A DNA stretch of 64,000 nt from Octopus vulgaris (GCA_951406725.2 CATOCA020000001.1:3286001-3350000), one strand, 5' to 3'. Positions 27,491 to 41,791 are shown, numbered from the stretch's first letter. Notes: generated by a model not told the origin, from the letters alone. A program made the numbers and translations.

Positions 27491-30107
27491 GTGAGTATAA
27501 AATAACAGCACTTAATTGATTTCTGTAAGGTTTATCTTCTGCTTATTTTGATATCAAAATGATAAAGATCAGTTTCCATTCTTACCTTTCAATGGGAAGT
27601 TTTAGCATTAAACTAATCATATTAAACATATCGATACTATTGACATTTAATAAAGTATCCAATCAGGTTAGCACGGTTGGTGAAATGGATAAATTAGAAG
27701 CAAAATAGATTTCAGGTTCTCTTTTGGAGCAGCCAAATAATATATGTTGTGGTTTAACAGGTGAGGTAATGACAAAGGTTTTGTTTGTTTTATAGTTTTT
27801 AAATGTTTACTGACAAGTTATTGTTGTTATTTTAGCTGATGTCTCTCATAATCTGGCAGACTTACAATGAAATGCGTTCCAAATATGACCACCCTCTTTT
27901 TCACTGATAATAAATCTATCATTGCATCCAGTAAACATTGTCTTTATTCAAGTGGAAGACGTTGGTTTGCTGCTCAGAAAACCGTTGTCTCTTTCCCTTT
28001 CTTCAAACTTCATAGAGGCTGTATGATACAATACAATCAAATACATTCAAAGAGACATCGGACGGGTTGAAAGAGAAGGATAGTGAACACCTTAGATAAA
28101 GCTCTTAAGAACCCTTCTGATGTATAGAATTTTGCCGATTTAGGGGAGATTATAATGCACTAAAGATGAAGTGAACAAGAATATACGGAATAACAATGAC
28201 CAACGAAGTCATTACCTGCTCATGTTTGGTTTGAAATGTCCAATGAAACCAGTAATCAAATATTTCAGCTTTGCGATTTCAGCAAGAAACAAGTATAAAG
28301 CTTAGTGAAGAAGGCAAGAACGGAGATTGCAACGGGAGGTGATTGTGTACCATAGAACGTGTACAAATGTTGCGCCCAGGTGTTATAAGCATTAATTACT
28401 ATTTAGGGAGTTGTGGGATAAAGGTGGACTGATTAATGAATGGTGCAAGACAAAAGGATTTTATTCATCAAAGTAAGTTAATGCAGAACTAAGTGACCAA
28501 TTGAAGCCAATTTCAATCTTGAATGGCTAGATTTACATTGGTGTACTTGCCATGAAATCAGCTACATGTCAGCAAAATAATGGTTATATGACAGAAAATG
28601 TCCAGAAGACTAGAATCCGGAGAATGTCTGGTGTGTAGAACATGCATTTTAAATCTGGGATGCCATATAAAATGCAAAGAAGAATAAAAGAGATTCGGAT
28701 GTAGTATGGCTTCATCTGGCTAATGCTTATTGTTCTGTACCACACACATTGTTGATGGAAACAAGGAATTTCTTTCATAAATGGGAGGAGATTAAGGATC
28801 TGATGATGAGATGCTATAACAGTTTCAAAATGTGTTTCATAGGATAGAATTTCACAAAAGACTGCCAGGTTCTGGATCTGGAATAGCTGTAGGTTGCACA
28901 ATATCAGTTGGTTGGTGATCTTTATAGTTTTGCTAATTAGATTAACAGAATGTCCAGAAGAAATTGCTCAACGGAAAGATATTCATGGCTGACATAACAA
29001 TACTAACAAGAGACTAAAAGGATATGCAAATAGTTCTGGTTAGTAGACTCGATAGAGTTAGTACTTAGTCAAGAATGTGGTTTCAAACAAATAAGTAATG
29101 CAGTATATCATTTGTGAATGGTCAGCTGGAGCAAGGGAAGTTACGAACGGCAGGAGAACTCATGCCAAAAGTGAAAGACAAACCAAAAGTTAAAGATGGT
29201 GGTACGCTATCTTGTTGACTGATACATACTGGGGTAGTGAGACCATGGCAAAGCTGAAGATGGACAGAAAACAACTGATAATTCAAAACTACTAAAAAAA
29301 GCAAAATTTCATGTTTCCAGTTCGATTTTGTTTATATATTCTTCAGAATAAATTGTTAATTCTCAATTTGGATATAACCCCTTTGTAATAATGTGTACAT
29401 GAACAGTTATTTTGTAGTTAAGTAGGTTTGGTACAAAAGTACAGTGTTTCAGGATACCTGTTATCGCTTACCTCTCCACCTGTGTAGAACTAATCATTGT
29501 TCACCTGAAAAAAGTCGCTTATTAAGGAAAATGAATGACATCGAAGTATTTTCAAATATTTCCTTAATCAGATTATATTCTGGTGAAGTGTGATGTGGTC
29601 AGTTAAAATTAAAGATTGCCAACAGTGACCTTTAAAAAAGAGAGCGGGGTTATGTTTATCCTACCTGAAACGATGTGTCATGGTTTGTGGTCCGACTTTT
29701 GAGGACCAATTTGGTTGTCATGGAATTAAGTAGAAAACGAGAAGAATGTTGATTAGTGAAGTCTAGAGATGAGAGGACAATCATGTCATAGATTAGATTA
29801 AATATAAGAAAGAGATTAGCAGTGTTAACAAGGGATTATTAAATGAGATAAGTGCAATGTTGTTAGATTATGTAGGATGTCTTAATAGAGAGAGGAGATT
29901 GAGGAAGGTCAGTCTATTTAGTAGTAGACCTATATATTGGGTATATTACACGGTCCCATGGTAGAGAGTGTAAAAATGCTGACCAAAGCCATATTACTCA
30001 CCAGTTGACCATTGATTACATGAATGTCTCACAATAATAAAATACAGAATTCATAAAGATAAAGAATTTTTACTATGAAGTATAAAACTTGGAAATGTTT
30101 ATTTCAG

Positions 30108-30158
30108 TGCGTCCAAAGTTTAAAGAGAAAGCATCCCAAAGAGTGGCAGAGCCAGTTG
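30108..30158 (+). CDS. Linker micro-exon 3 (51 nt, phase 1-1)
   Basis: Acceptor acttggaaatgtttatttcAG, donor GTGAGT. Reads VRPKFKEKASQRVAEPV. Confidence 0.78.
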
Positions 30159-30969
30159 GTGAGTATAAAATAACTGTATCTAATTGACGTCTACAAATTT
30201 TACCTCCACCTGAACTACATAATTTGTGTGAATCACTGAGAAGCGGTTCTATTGCTATATTTCATTCGAATGGTTAGCTACAAAGTAATTCTGTTCTACT
30301 ACAAATGCAAGAATATCCAATAAATGGATTTTACGGAAATAGGGAAACATGAGACACAGGAAAAAGATCTCATACGATAAGGAAAAATACAAAAGATAAA
30401 ATATAAAACCTGAAGCGGTTCGCTCCCCTTAAGGGGAATATTCTCTCTTTCTATCATCTCGTTGCCATATTGTCATTTCTCTCTCTCTCTCTCTCTCTCT
30501 CTGACTATGGATGCATCTAAAAGCCCATTGATATTACTGATTTAAAATTTAATAAAATGTCCAGCAGTGTTGGCGCTGTTGGTAAAATGGCTAAATTAGA
30601 AAACACAACAGACTTCATATTGTCTTTGGAATAAAGGAAAGCAATTTGTCGTTTAAAGGTAAAAACAGATGAGATAATGAGAGAGCTTGTTTGTTGTACA
30701 TTTTAATAAGTTTCCTAATTGTTGTTGTTGTTGTCGGTCTTTTTTAACAAGGTGACTAAGTTGAAGGTCAGTCTATTTAGTAGTAGACCTATATATTGGG
30801 TATATTACACGGTCCCATGGTAGAGAGTGTAAAAATGCTGACCAAAGCCATATTACTCACCAGTTGACCATTGATTACATGAATGTCTCACAATAATAAA
30901 ATACAGAATTATTCATAAAGATAAAGAATTTTTACTATGAAGTATAAAACTTGGAAATGTTTATTTCAG

Positions 30970-31020
30970 TGCGTCCAAAGTTTAAAGAGAAAGCATCCCA
31001 AAGAGTGGCAGAGCCAGTTG
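30970..31020 (+). CDS. Linker micro-exon 4 (identical copy of micro-exon 3)
   Basis: Exon and splice sites are identical to 30108-30158; it sits in the second copy of a recent ~860 bp tandem duplication. Confidence 0.72.
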
Positions 31021-31338
31021 GTGAGTATAAAATAACTGTATCTAATTGACTTCTACAAATTTTACCTCCACCTGAACTACATAATTTGTGTGAATAGCGG
31101 AGAACAGATTCCATTGATACATTTTATTAGAATGGTTAGCTACAAAGTAATTCTATTCTACTACAAATGCAAGAATATCCAATAAATGGGTTTTACGGAA
31201 ATAGGGAAACATGAGACACAGGAAAAAGATCTCACACGATAAGGAAAAATACAAGAGATAAAATATAAACCCTGAAGCGGTTCGCTCCCCTTAAGGGGAA
31301 TATTCACTCTTCTATCATCTCATTGCCATATTGTCATT

Positions 31339-31397
<59 letters not shown>

Positions 31398-33722
31398 ACT
31401 ATGGATGCATCTAAAAGCCCATTGATATTACTGATTTAAAATTTAATAAAATGTCCAGCAATGTTGGCGCTGTTGGTAAAATGGCTAAATTAGAAAACAC
31501 AACAGACTTCATATTGTCTTTGGAATAAAGGAAAACAATTTGTCGTTTAAAGGTAAAAACAGATGAGATAATGAGAGCTTGTTTGTTGTACATTTTAATA
31601 AGTTTCCTAATTGTTGTTGTTGTTGTCGGTCATTTTTAACAAGGTGACTAAGTTGAAAATTGTTACAAGTGTGAACACCCTCTCTTTTTTTCACTGATAG
31701 TAAATCTATCATTACATCCCCTAAACGTTGTGTTTATCCCAGTAGGAGACTTTGGTCTTCTGCTGAGACAATTACTCTCTTTCTCTCTCCTCAAGATTGG
31801 GTGCAAGATACAATGCAATCGATTATAGTGTCTTCATCAATGAATTAGATGGGTGGTCACTATCCATGTCCTTATTCAGATTTAATGTCCACTTCGATTG
31901 CTTGAGAAACACATCTCCCTTAAACATTCCCCATTTTCTATAGTGGTATGTCACCGACCACTTTATAAAGGGTCCTGAGTACTTTTTAATGTGGCAATAG
32001 CACTAGAAAGAGTTTCATGTGTCCAACATGGAAACTAGAATAACTGCAGATTGCACAAATCCAGTCACTTGGATTATGCTTGTTATGGGGATGCTTTTAT
32101 GGGGATCAGCAGATTTATCAGAAGAAATTACTGAAAGAAATCACTTAAGAAGGCATTCGTGGATGACATAAAAATACTAAGAAGAGATCAGATGTATGTG
32201 CAAATAGTTCTGGATAGACTAATTACTCGGTCAAGAATGCAGTTTAAGGCAAATAATTAGCAGTAGAAATTACGCCAAAGATCAAAGAGAAACCTGTAAA
32301 AGGTTTCGGACACTGGCACGCTACTTCGTCATCTAAAACTAGGAGAGGCATTGAGATTAGCGAAAGATAAATCTAAATTACGGGGAGCACTTACAAGATT
32401 TCCTGCTTCCCGTTTGATTTATATGCTCGTCTTGCTTATATAATTCTGGAGTTTCATTTCTTATGTAACATTTCAGATATATATTCTCAGTGAATCTTGT
32501 ACCACTCGACACGACTAAAAGTAGAGTAAAGGAACTTGACTAAATACAGAACTGCCAGTGGCAGTTGACAGCGTTGATCGTCCAAATTGGTTACTCTGCT
32601 AGCTTAATACCGTAACTACGTTGGGGTAGTACGGAGTGCGTTCTCTGTGAACATATCAATTCTGCAATAAGGTGTTCTAGATAACCATATCCAAATATTA
32701 TTTTCTAGATAACCATATCCAAATATCTACTGTTCTTACACGCAACGTGTACGTGCGCGCCATAACGTATGTTCATCACAGTAATCTGAGAATGAGCTGT
32801 TAGTGAGGTTTTGTGAAAGTGTATTGTGTTTTATGACAGCTGAAACACTTTCTGTTGGTCTAATCATTGCTTACCATTGTTTTTAATATATTTCCTGAAT
32901 CTGATGACCTTCTGAGGAACTGTGATGCCAGGAGTTAAATATTACCAGCGGCAACCTTTAAGAAAGGGAACCGCTCAGTATGCATCCTACGGATGATTAG
33001 AACTGGTTCCTTCAGTGGTCAGCGTGGTCTAGTGGGCTGAAACACAAATCAGGAAATACAAGATCACAAAGCTATTGACCAAGGTTCAAATCTTGCTGGA
33101 GACAGTATTTTAGAAAGTAGCAGGAGGACACCTAGGAGTTATGAGCTGGGTGTGCCCGGCTCATTAAGAGTGTCATGTATAAGGACCGAAACATTTGTGG
33201 GATGGGAGTTCTTCCTTGAAGATCTCTCCTGCTGTGTGTTCACTTGAAAGAGCTTCTCTTGCTTTGTTTTCACTCCGTGTTTATCCTAGTTGAAGTGGTA
33301 TGTCATGTGTTTGTAGAGAGATATTTGATGACCAGCTTGGTTGAAATCAGAATTAAGGAGAAATTGAGAAGAATATTGGTTGACCAAAACTGGAAGTAAG
33401 AGGAGAATACCGTGTTTTAGATGTGGCACAAATGTAAGAAAGGAAAAAAAGCAGAAGAGACACACAGGGTTGTCAAGTGATAATTAAATGAGATAGTTAC
33501 CACATTGTTAGATTATATAGAAAGAAGAAATTTATGAAGATTAGTCTATTTTGTTGTAGTCATGATATTGAGCTATAGATAATATAAGAATGCTAACCAA
33601 AGCCACAGTGGTCTCCCATCATGCAGTGATGATAGGTAACTCTTGCTATAATATTCTATAGATTATTAATGCAAATTTACACATTTTACTATAGATTATA
33701 ACACTTGGAAATATTTTTTCAG

Positions 33723-33794
33723 GGATTCAGCTGCCACGAAAGCAACACCTTATGAATGTAGCAGAGGAATTAGTTGATGACTGGTTTCTAGCTG
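33723..33794 (+). CDS. Death domain exon 1 (helices 1-2)
   Basis: Acceptor acttggaaatattttttcAG, donor GTGAGT. 72 nt, phase 1-1, reads GIQLPRKQHLMNVAEELVDDWFLA, matching the L..VA..L..DW..LA start of Death domains. Confidence 0.82.
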
Positions 33795-35110
33795 GTGAGT
33801 ATAATTGATTTCTGTCAATTTTACCTTCCCTGAGCTATTTTGTTTGTCGGAATTACTGGGAAATTCTTCCATTTATAATTTCCCATTGAAAGGTTAGCTG
33901 TCAACTAATTTTATCGAAAATATTACGGAAATTTCATAACATATTCCTCGATGTTAGTATAATTGGTTAAATGGATAAAGTAGAAGACACAATGGAAATA
34001 ATATTCTTTTGAAACAGGGAACTAAAATATTTCGTTGTGTAGGATGAAACAGGTGAGTTAATGACAAAGATTTTGATGTTTTTATGTTTTTGCTAAATTT
34101 AATGTTGTTTAACCAAATGTCTGTCGCAATCCGACAGATTTGTAAAATGCTTTCCACATGTGACAATCCCGATATGTTCCTGGCAGAATGTAATCGAATA
34201 TGCCTTTTAAAACATGATAGCTTGTCCTTTTAATACAATTTAGCTGTTATACCTACCGGTTGAAGCATCCACATGCCTCATTGGGTCATTGTTCACTCCC
34301 AGGTGTGACAGGATTGTGGTGGGCTTGATCTGTACTTATTTTAAGCATTTGTAATCCATGTTCCACACATAATTTGTTTTAGGTTGATAGACAAGTGTTA
34401 CTTCTAGATTGTTTATTGTACTGTCTTCAGAAAAAAATATCAAGTATTATTTTGGAGTTCTAAATAAGTTTTTATTAACCTCTCGGAGACTTACTGACAC
34501 CCTACTCTATTTTACCATCCCTTTTCAAACTCAACTTTTCCCTGTCATCTCAGTATTAGATCCCCTATAACATGTGATGTGTACCAAAGTGTATTATATG
34601 TTGCGCTTTGTGTCATTGAGGTCAATCGGGTATTTTGTCTATTTGTATTTTAATTATCTGAGGTGTACCTAATATGACTGATATTGTTTGATATACTAGT
34701 CCCCACTTTCTACATATTTCTAAATTTTGAAACTTTATAATTATTAATTAGCCAGAGGAGATCAGTTAGTGTGACTGCTTCTTCTCTCTGATGGTCGTTC
34801 AGGCTCTCATACACTTTGGCCTACACAAACCCTTCTACCATTTGTTTACCATAAATTTTCTCAATTGTTAATTTTCAAATTTATTTTTAATTTCTTTTCC
34901 ATCGTCATCCTTTATTATTCATTTATTCCAGCTTCTCCGATATTCTTCTCAACATCCTTAGAAATAGACAACAATGTCGAATATGAATCCTAATTATTTT
35001 TACTTCTCCACTGATGTCGTTTCTTTAGTAAATTTATAACAACCTTCAGTACTCATCGTTTATATTATTGTTAATGTTGTTGCAGTCATTTCTTGTTGTT
35101 TCTTTTGCAG

Positions 35111-35319
35111 GTATTTTGTTAGAAATAAAATCTACCAAGCTGTATATTCTCAACCGTAACATTCGTAATGACGTTGTAAAACGGAACTATGAGATGTTGT
35201 GTGAATGGTTTATGACTTGTGATCCAAAGAGATGTACATTCGATACATTGAAAGACGTCCTTAAAGAGATAGACTGTTATGGTGCGCTTGAATGTCTACC
35301 ACGAGGCGTAATAAAGTGA
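35111..35319 (+). CDS. Terminal exon, remainder of Death domain
   Basis: Acceptor tttcttttgcAG. Reads GILLEIKSTKLYILNRNIRNDVVKRNYEMLCEWFMTCDPKRCTFDTLKDVLKEIDCYGALECLPRGVIK-stop, with the Death-fold pattern EML..W......T...L...L. Confidence 0.85.
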
Positions 35320-35561
35320 ATTTTTGTGTAAATCTTGCTGCTTGACCACACAAAGACTTATGATGAAATGCATTCCAGTCAGGACCCTCTTCTCTTTATT
35401 CTACATATAGAAAAACCAAGTACAACATTGTCCAACATGTCCTACTTTAAGGTGACGATGTATGAATTTAGGATTTGGCTGCTAATTTTAGTAAATCCAC
35501 TTTACCACATACAATATCCCTTGCTGGTTTGACTCCACTGTTGTTAGAGATTAGCATTTGA

Positions 35562-35567
35562 AATAAA
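35562..35567 (+). promoter_or_regulatory. Candidate polyadenylation signal of the ANK-RING-Death gene
   Basis: AATAAA about 240 nt after the stop, followed by T/GT-rich sequence. Confidence 0.4.
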
Positions 35568-35734
35568 GATAAACCTTCAAATTTTCGTTTGTTCTTGTTG
35601 CTGTATATCTAAGCACCTCCCTAAACGCTTTCATTTTGTTTTATAGTCAGATTTCACATCCTCTGGTATGTTGATAGTCATCTACCTTCTTTTATAGCTC
35701 AGAAAATTATGTATATATATATATATATATATAT

Positions 35735-36478
35735 GCAAACATGACTCCCATTATAGATGGATTTAAAGGACAATCGTACATGGTACCATAAAAATATATA
35801 AGTACACAGACATTTAAAAAAAATATCTATAAATAAATATATTAAAAATATGTGTAAATTAATAGATTTTTAAAGAATCTCCGGATGCAGGCAAAAGAAC
35901 GTTAAAACATGCATATACGGGAAAAATATTGGAGAAAGTCTGAAGAGATTATGGAAGCAAACTAAAAGATACAGTGAGGAACGAGGTTAAAATTCGGGAT
36001 TTTTTAATTAGTTAAAACAGGGTACCAACAGCAATTTCTTTGGGTTCATTACAGGGAAAATAGTAATCATCATTTGGCAATTCCACCTTCTTCAGAGTAA
36101 CAGGCTTTCCAAGATGAATGACCAAGAAGGAGGAATTACCAAATAATGGGTACTATATTCCTTTATTTTTCCCTGCAATGAACCCCCAGAAACGGCCGTC
36201 GGTACCCTATTCTAACCATCCCGAATTTTATCCTCGTTCCTCATTGTATCTTTTAGTTCACTTCCATCACCACTTCAGATTTTCTCCAATATTTTCACCT
36301 ATATATGCATATTTTAACTATTTTGTGTCTGCATCTGGAGATTTTTTTAAATCTATTAATTTGCACATATTTTTAATATATTCATTTATAGATTTTAAAA
36401 AATATGTCTGTGTATATATTTTCATTGTATCGTGTACGATTGTCCTTCAAATTCATCTCTAATCGGAGTCATGTTTGC
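35735..36478. repeat. Imperfect ~740 bp palindrome just downstream of the gene
   Basis: gcaaacatgactcc... / ...ggagtcatgtttgc; centre near 36105. Confidence 0.8.
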
Positions 36479-36569
36479 CGATTGAATTACCAGGTCTTCT
36501 GTTTCTTCACATTACATACTCACGCACACACACACATACACATACATATAGGTATATATATATATATAG

Positions 36570-36808
<239 letters not shown>

Positions 36809-36809
36809 G

Positions 36810-37155
36810 AAATGCAAAGTAACGAATGGATTAGATACAATCTGAATTACATATGTCTCATAGGGAAACGAACCTCAGAAGTGGTAAATATCCGAGTAAA
36901 ATATATACCGCAGGTTATTCTTAAGTTCAAGGATATCTTGATTAAATGAAGTTTACATTGGCGTTAGGAGGCACCTGTTAACACACGGAAAATTGTGCCT
37001 CCTAGCGACAAAGTAAACTTCATTTAATCAAGATACCTTTGGTTTCACGATCAGCCTGTTGTACACGCCTTGCTTGGATATCTACCACTTCCGATGTTCT
37101 GTTTGCTACGACTTATAATTAGCTCGGATATTATCTGCTCTGTTACTTCTGAATT
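36810..37155. repeat. Imperfect palindrome (MITE-like)
   Basis: Core tatcttgattaaatgaagtttac...aggaggcac / gtgcctcct...gtaaacttcatttaatcaagata. Confidence 0.72.
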
Positions 37156-37766
37156 TACATTTTCACATACGTAAAACCTGGCTGCCTACCATGGACTATA
37201 GATTAATTTTTTCAGCTAATCCTACTTTGAGAGGAGACAAATTTACAACATACCGCACTAATAAACGACTATTGTTCCTGGAAGTTGTTTATATTTACTA
37301 CCGATTGCTTGAGCTAACTTTCTTCCTACACCTCGGTCCTCGGATCTTATATTTATATATAACTAGCTGGGCCCCGTGCCATCAAAAATGACGGCTAATT
37401 GTAGTATTTTATATATAAATAACGTACACTATCAAGATTTTGGTTTAATAATGCTTTTATAACTAAATTTTTTCTGAAAGTTCTATCTGCAATTAACATC
37501 CTTTGACCGCAGTTTGTTTTTCGTTTTCAGCGTTGAATGTTAAACATCTCAATTCCATTGGGTGCGCACACGCATACACACACAAACACACGCACACACA
37601 TTCACATGCCCTCTTTTACATACACACGCACATATATTCACACAGATTTGAAACGCTGCTTGTTTTATTTTTTCCTCGTACGATTTTCATCATCCCACCC
37701 CTTCCTTCCTTATTCATCTATCACCCCTTCCTTTCTCATTCATAAACACAAAAGTGTTATTATAGT

Positions 37767-38084
37767 ATTGGGTTGGCAACTAAGTTCCCACCGTTTTTTT
37801 TTTTAATTTAAAATGTTTAAAAGGTTTAATAAAAAATAACAACTAATTAATGAATAATGTATTCACCCTTGTTGTTTACAACTTCTTCCCAACGTTCAAC
37901 AAGATTTTCAATACCTTGTTGGTAGAAATCACCCAATTTCGACTCGAAAAATTGATCCAACCAAGCTCTTAATTCTGCATCAGTATTGAACAAAACTCTG
38001 CGCATAGCATTTGAAAGAGATCGAAAGAGGTGGAAATCCGTTGGTGCCAAATCAGGAGAGTACAGCGGGTGTGGCAGCTCTTGA
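37767..38084 (-). mobile_element. Mariner transposon 3' end
   Basis: Reads LPHPLYSPDLAPTDFHLFRSL...GIENLVERWEEVVNNKGEY; TIR ttgggttggcaactaagtt flanked by TA. Confidence 0.9.
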
Positions 38085-38727
38085 GAGTTCGGGTTCGGGA
38101 ATATTAATCCGATTCCCTTTCGATGCGAGGCCAGCCGCGCGCGTTCGTTTCGTTTCATTCGACGGATCCGGCGCTTTTCGTGGAAGCTTTCACCCGCTTC
38201 TTACGACCGACTGACCCGTGCTCAACCGCCGTTGGGAAGGAACCCTTCTCCACTACGGTCTTCGAAGGTCTCGTTCGAATATTTGCTATTATCACCGAGA
38301 TCTGCACCGACAGTCGGCATTACCTTCCTACTCGATCGGGCATCGGAAAGTCGCCTCGCCGGTGATCGCGCAACCTGTCGACATGCCGCCCCGGCATCGG
38401 TCGCTCTTTCCAGCGCCATCCATTTTCGGGGCCGGTCGATTCGGCAGGTAAGTTGTTACACACACCTGAGCGGATTCGGACTTCCGTGGCCATCGTCTTG
38501 CTGTCTATATCGACCGACACCCTTTTGGGAATCTAATGGGCGAAGCGTAGGGCACCTCAGCCGTTCGGTTCATCTCTCATCATCAGTTCTGCTTACCAAA
38601 AGTGATCTTTCGCTTCTACACCCGGTTCCGACGATCGATTTCTATGTCAGAGGCGCTTCGAACTTCCACCAGAGTTTCCTCTGGCTTCATCCCGACCGGG
38701 CGTGGATCGCCATCTTTCGGGTCCCCG
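38085..38727 (-). pseudogene. 28S rRNA gene fragment (dispersed, internally deleted)
   Basis: The minus strand has conserved LSU blocks GGGACCCGAAAGATGG, GAAGCCAGAGGAAACTCTGGTGGAAG, CACTTTTGGTAAGCAGAAC, GTGCAGATCTCGGTGATAATAGCAAATATTC and ATCGAAAGGGAATCGG.TTAATATTCC. GC-rich, not a full rDNA unit. Confidence 0.9.
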
Positions 38728-38866
38728 GCCGCCTGCTACACATGAGTGGGAGGTGAATATTGCAAAAACGAAACAAAAGAATCTAAAATCTTTGGAAATA
38801 CTGAAGTCATAATTTCCATTGCATAAAACAGAGGAATATTAAACAAATATAGCGACCAAGAAACTA

Positions 38867-39560
<694 letters not shown>

Positions 39561-39899
39561 TTTCTTTTCTCTTTTATCAGAGGTAATCAATTCTTTAAGT
39601 TTCTCACTCTTTTCCATTCTTTTCTCCTCAAATTCCAGTTAAAATATTTCTCTTGTCTTATTCTTATTACTTAATTCCTTACAAATACTTCTGCTGCTGT
39701 ATTTCTGTCCACTGTTACCTTTTTCTAGCAGCAATTACATAAATTTATCCAAGTTTCATCAGCAGAGGGGCTCCTCTTTTAGACACTCCAGTCAGTGATG
39801 TTCACAAACTTGGCTAATAGTATTATTTCAGAGCAAATGTTTCACAGCAATTCTACAACAGATTTGTAGAAACAATGTTATACATCTGTTTTTGCATAA

Positions 39900-40181
39900 T
39901 ATAAAAACACCATCCGAGCGTGGCCGTCTGCCAGCCTCGTCTGGCACCTGTGTCGGTGGCACATAAAAAACACCATCCGAGCGTGGCCGTTCGCCAGCCT
40001 CGTCTGGCACCTGTGTCGGTGGCACATAAAATCACCCACTACACTCTCGGAGTGGTTGGCGTTAGGAAGGGCATCCAGCTGTAGAAACACTGCCAGATCT
40101 GACTGGCCTGGTGCAGCCTTCGGGCTCCCCAGACTCCAGTTGAACCGTCCAACCCATGCTAGCATGGAAAGCGGACGTTAA

Positions 40182-40210
<29 letters not shown>
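39900..40210 (+). mobile_element. 5'-truncated RTE 3' UTR / SINE with internal ~63 bp tandem repeat and (GAT)n tail
   Basis: Two copies of aaacaccatccgagcgtggccg...ggtggcac, then ggaagggcatccagct...gcggacgttaaa(tga)n. Confidence 0.8.
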
Positions 40211-40213
<3 letters not shown>

Positions 40214-40572
40214 GCTTTAGTCTTTAAAAAATGGTAAATATTCAGTATGTTTCCTTTGTTATGTCAATGTCAGCTGATGTTCTGAAACAACAGTGTAAGG
40301 TTTAGAGGCTATGTAAAAAATACAGATTCAGTTCTATTGAGATAAACTGTAGAAATCAACAGTTAACAGAATATTTTATGAAAATTTACATCACAGAATC
40401 TTGTGTGAAGCTTACGTTTCCACACATATCCATACAGCGTACACACACACACACACACAAGCATCTACATACATATGTGTATATGTCTATATATATATTT
40501 ATACATGTTTGTGTCTGTGTGTGAATATATTTCCTGCATGCACAGATCTTGTTCTGTTTGTCTGTGTATCTA

Positions 40573-41791
40573 CAGGGGTTGGACAAAATAATGGAATTCC
40601 CTACCATCATAATTTTGAAATATCTATAAAAAACATCAAAAGCTTGTTTATTTGCATATATTTTTATTTAGTATTAGGGTTGCTTAACATGTTTTGCTAA
40701 AATTACTGTTTCTTTTTTCAGATATCATCAGGAAAGGTAATTAAAATTCATTAAAATGACGGATCTGTTGGCCTTTCAAAGAAGTCAAATTGTCGGTGTT
40801 TTTATGACAGGCGCTAGTGTAACGAAAATAGCTGAAATATTTGGTGTATTGTCTCAAAAGTAATGACAGCCTTTGAGAAAGAGGGAAAAAACCTCCTCAT
40901 CGAATCAAAACTTCAGATGAAAACCAAAACTTTCAGACTCTTATGTATATTGTTAGAAAGGATCACAAAAGTACAGTTCCCAAAATTACTGCAGATCTTA
41001 ATGACCACCGCGAGAACCCAATTTCCACCAAAACTATTTTTCAGGAGCTGCACAAAGCCAGATTTCATGGAAGGGATGCAATCAGAAAGTCACTACTTTC
41101 ACAATCAAACGTTGCAAAGTATTTAGAGTAGAGAATTGGTCCCTAAAGCAGTGGAAGAATGATATTTTTTTGGACGAGTCATCCTTTAACTTATTTCTGA
41201 CTACCAGCTGAGTATACGTGTGGAGACAGTGAAAAGAAGCATTTGACCCAGACTGCCTTCTTCCAACTGTTAAGCATGGAGGGGGATCTGAGATGATCTG
41301 GGGGTAGGGGCTATATCTTGGAAATTTGCCGGCCCAATGGCTTGTCTTAATGGCAGAATTAATAGTTAAGGTTATTTAAGCATTTTATCTGATCAAATAC
41401 ATCTTATGGTTGCTGAACTGTTTCCGGGGGGGGGGGGGCACAATCTTTCAAGATGATAGTGTACCAATTCACACAGCTAAAGTTGTTACTGAATGGCGCA
41501 AGGACCATTCTAGTGAAGTTGAACATCTTATTTGGCCAACACAGTTCCCAGATCTCAATAATATTGAACATTTATGGTGCACTTTAGAAAAACAAGTAAA
41601 GGGTCGATATCCTCCACAATCATCACTGCAAGAACTGGAGACTGTTTTAGCTGAAGAAACAATTAAAATTTTGTACGAATCCATACCTCGTAGAATTTAA
41701 GCTTTAATTACTGCCAAAGGTGGTCCAACCCCATTTTAAAATAAATTTATTTGAAATTTTAAGGTGTTTCCATTATTTTGTCCAACCCATG
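40573..41791 (+). mobile_element. Tc1-family transposon, full span with dead transposase
   Basis: TIRs CAGGGGTTGGACAAAATAATGGAA / TTCCATTATTTTGTCCAACCCATG with TA TSDs. Motifs FLDESSF, FQDDSVPIH and WPTQFPDLNNIEHLW; stops and frameshifts present. Confidence 0.92.

Larger units (their letters stand above)
29904..31654 (+). repeat. Recent tandem duplication (29904-30762 / 30763-31654) including a coding micro-exon
   Basis: Two nearly identical copies starting gaaggtcagtctatttag; the junction has GAA microhomology. Confidence 0.93.

Noticed and set aside
33007-33110. Possible tRNA gene (A/B-box-like tggtctagtgg ... ggttcaaatc)
   Set aside because: Box spacing is too long and there is no convincing cloverleaf; more likely a decayed SINE head.
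38085-38727. Functional rDNA or an R2-type insertion site
   Set aside because: Short, internally deleted fragment with no other rDNA parts and no R2 sequence.
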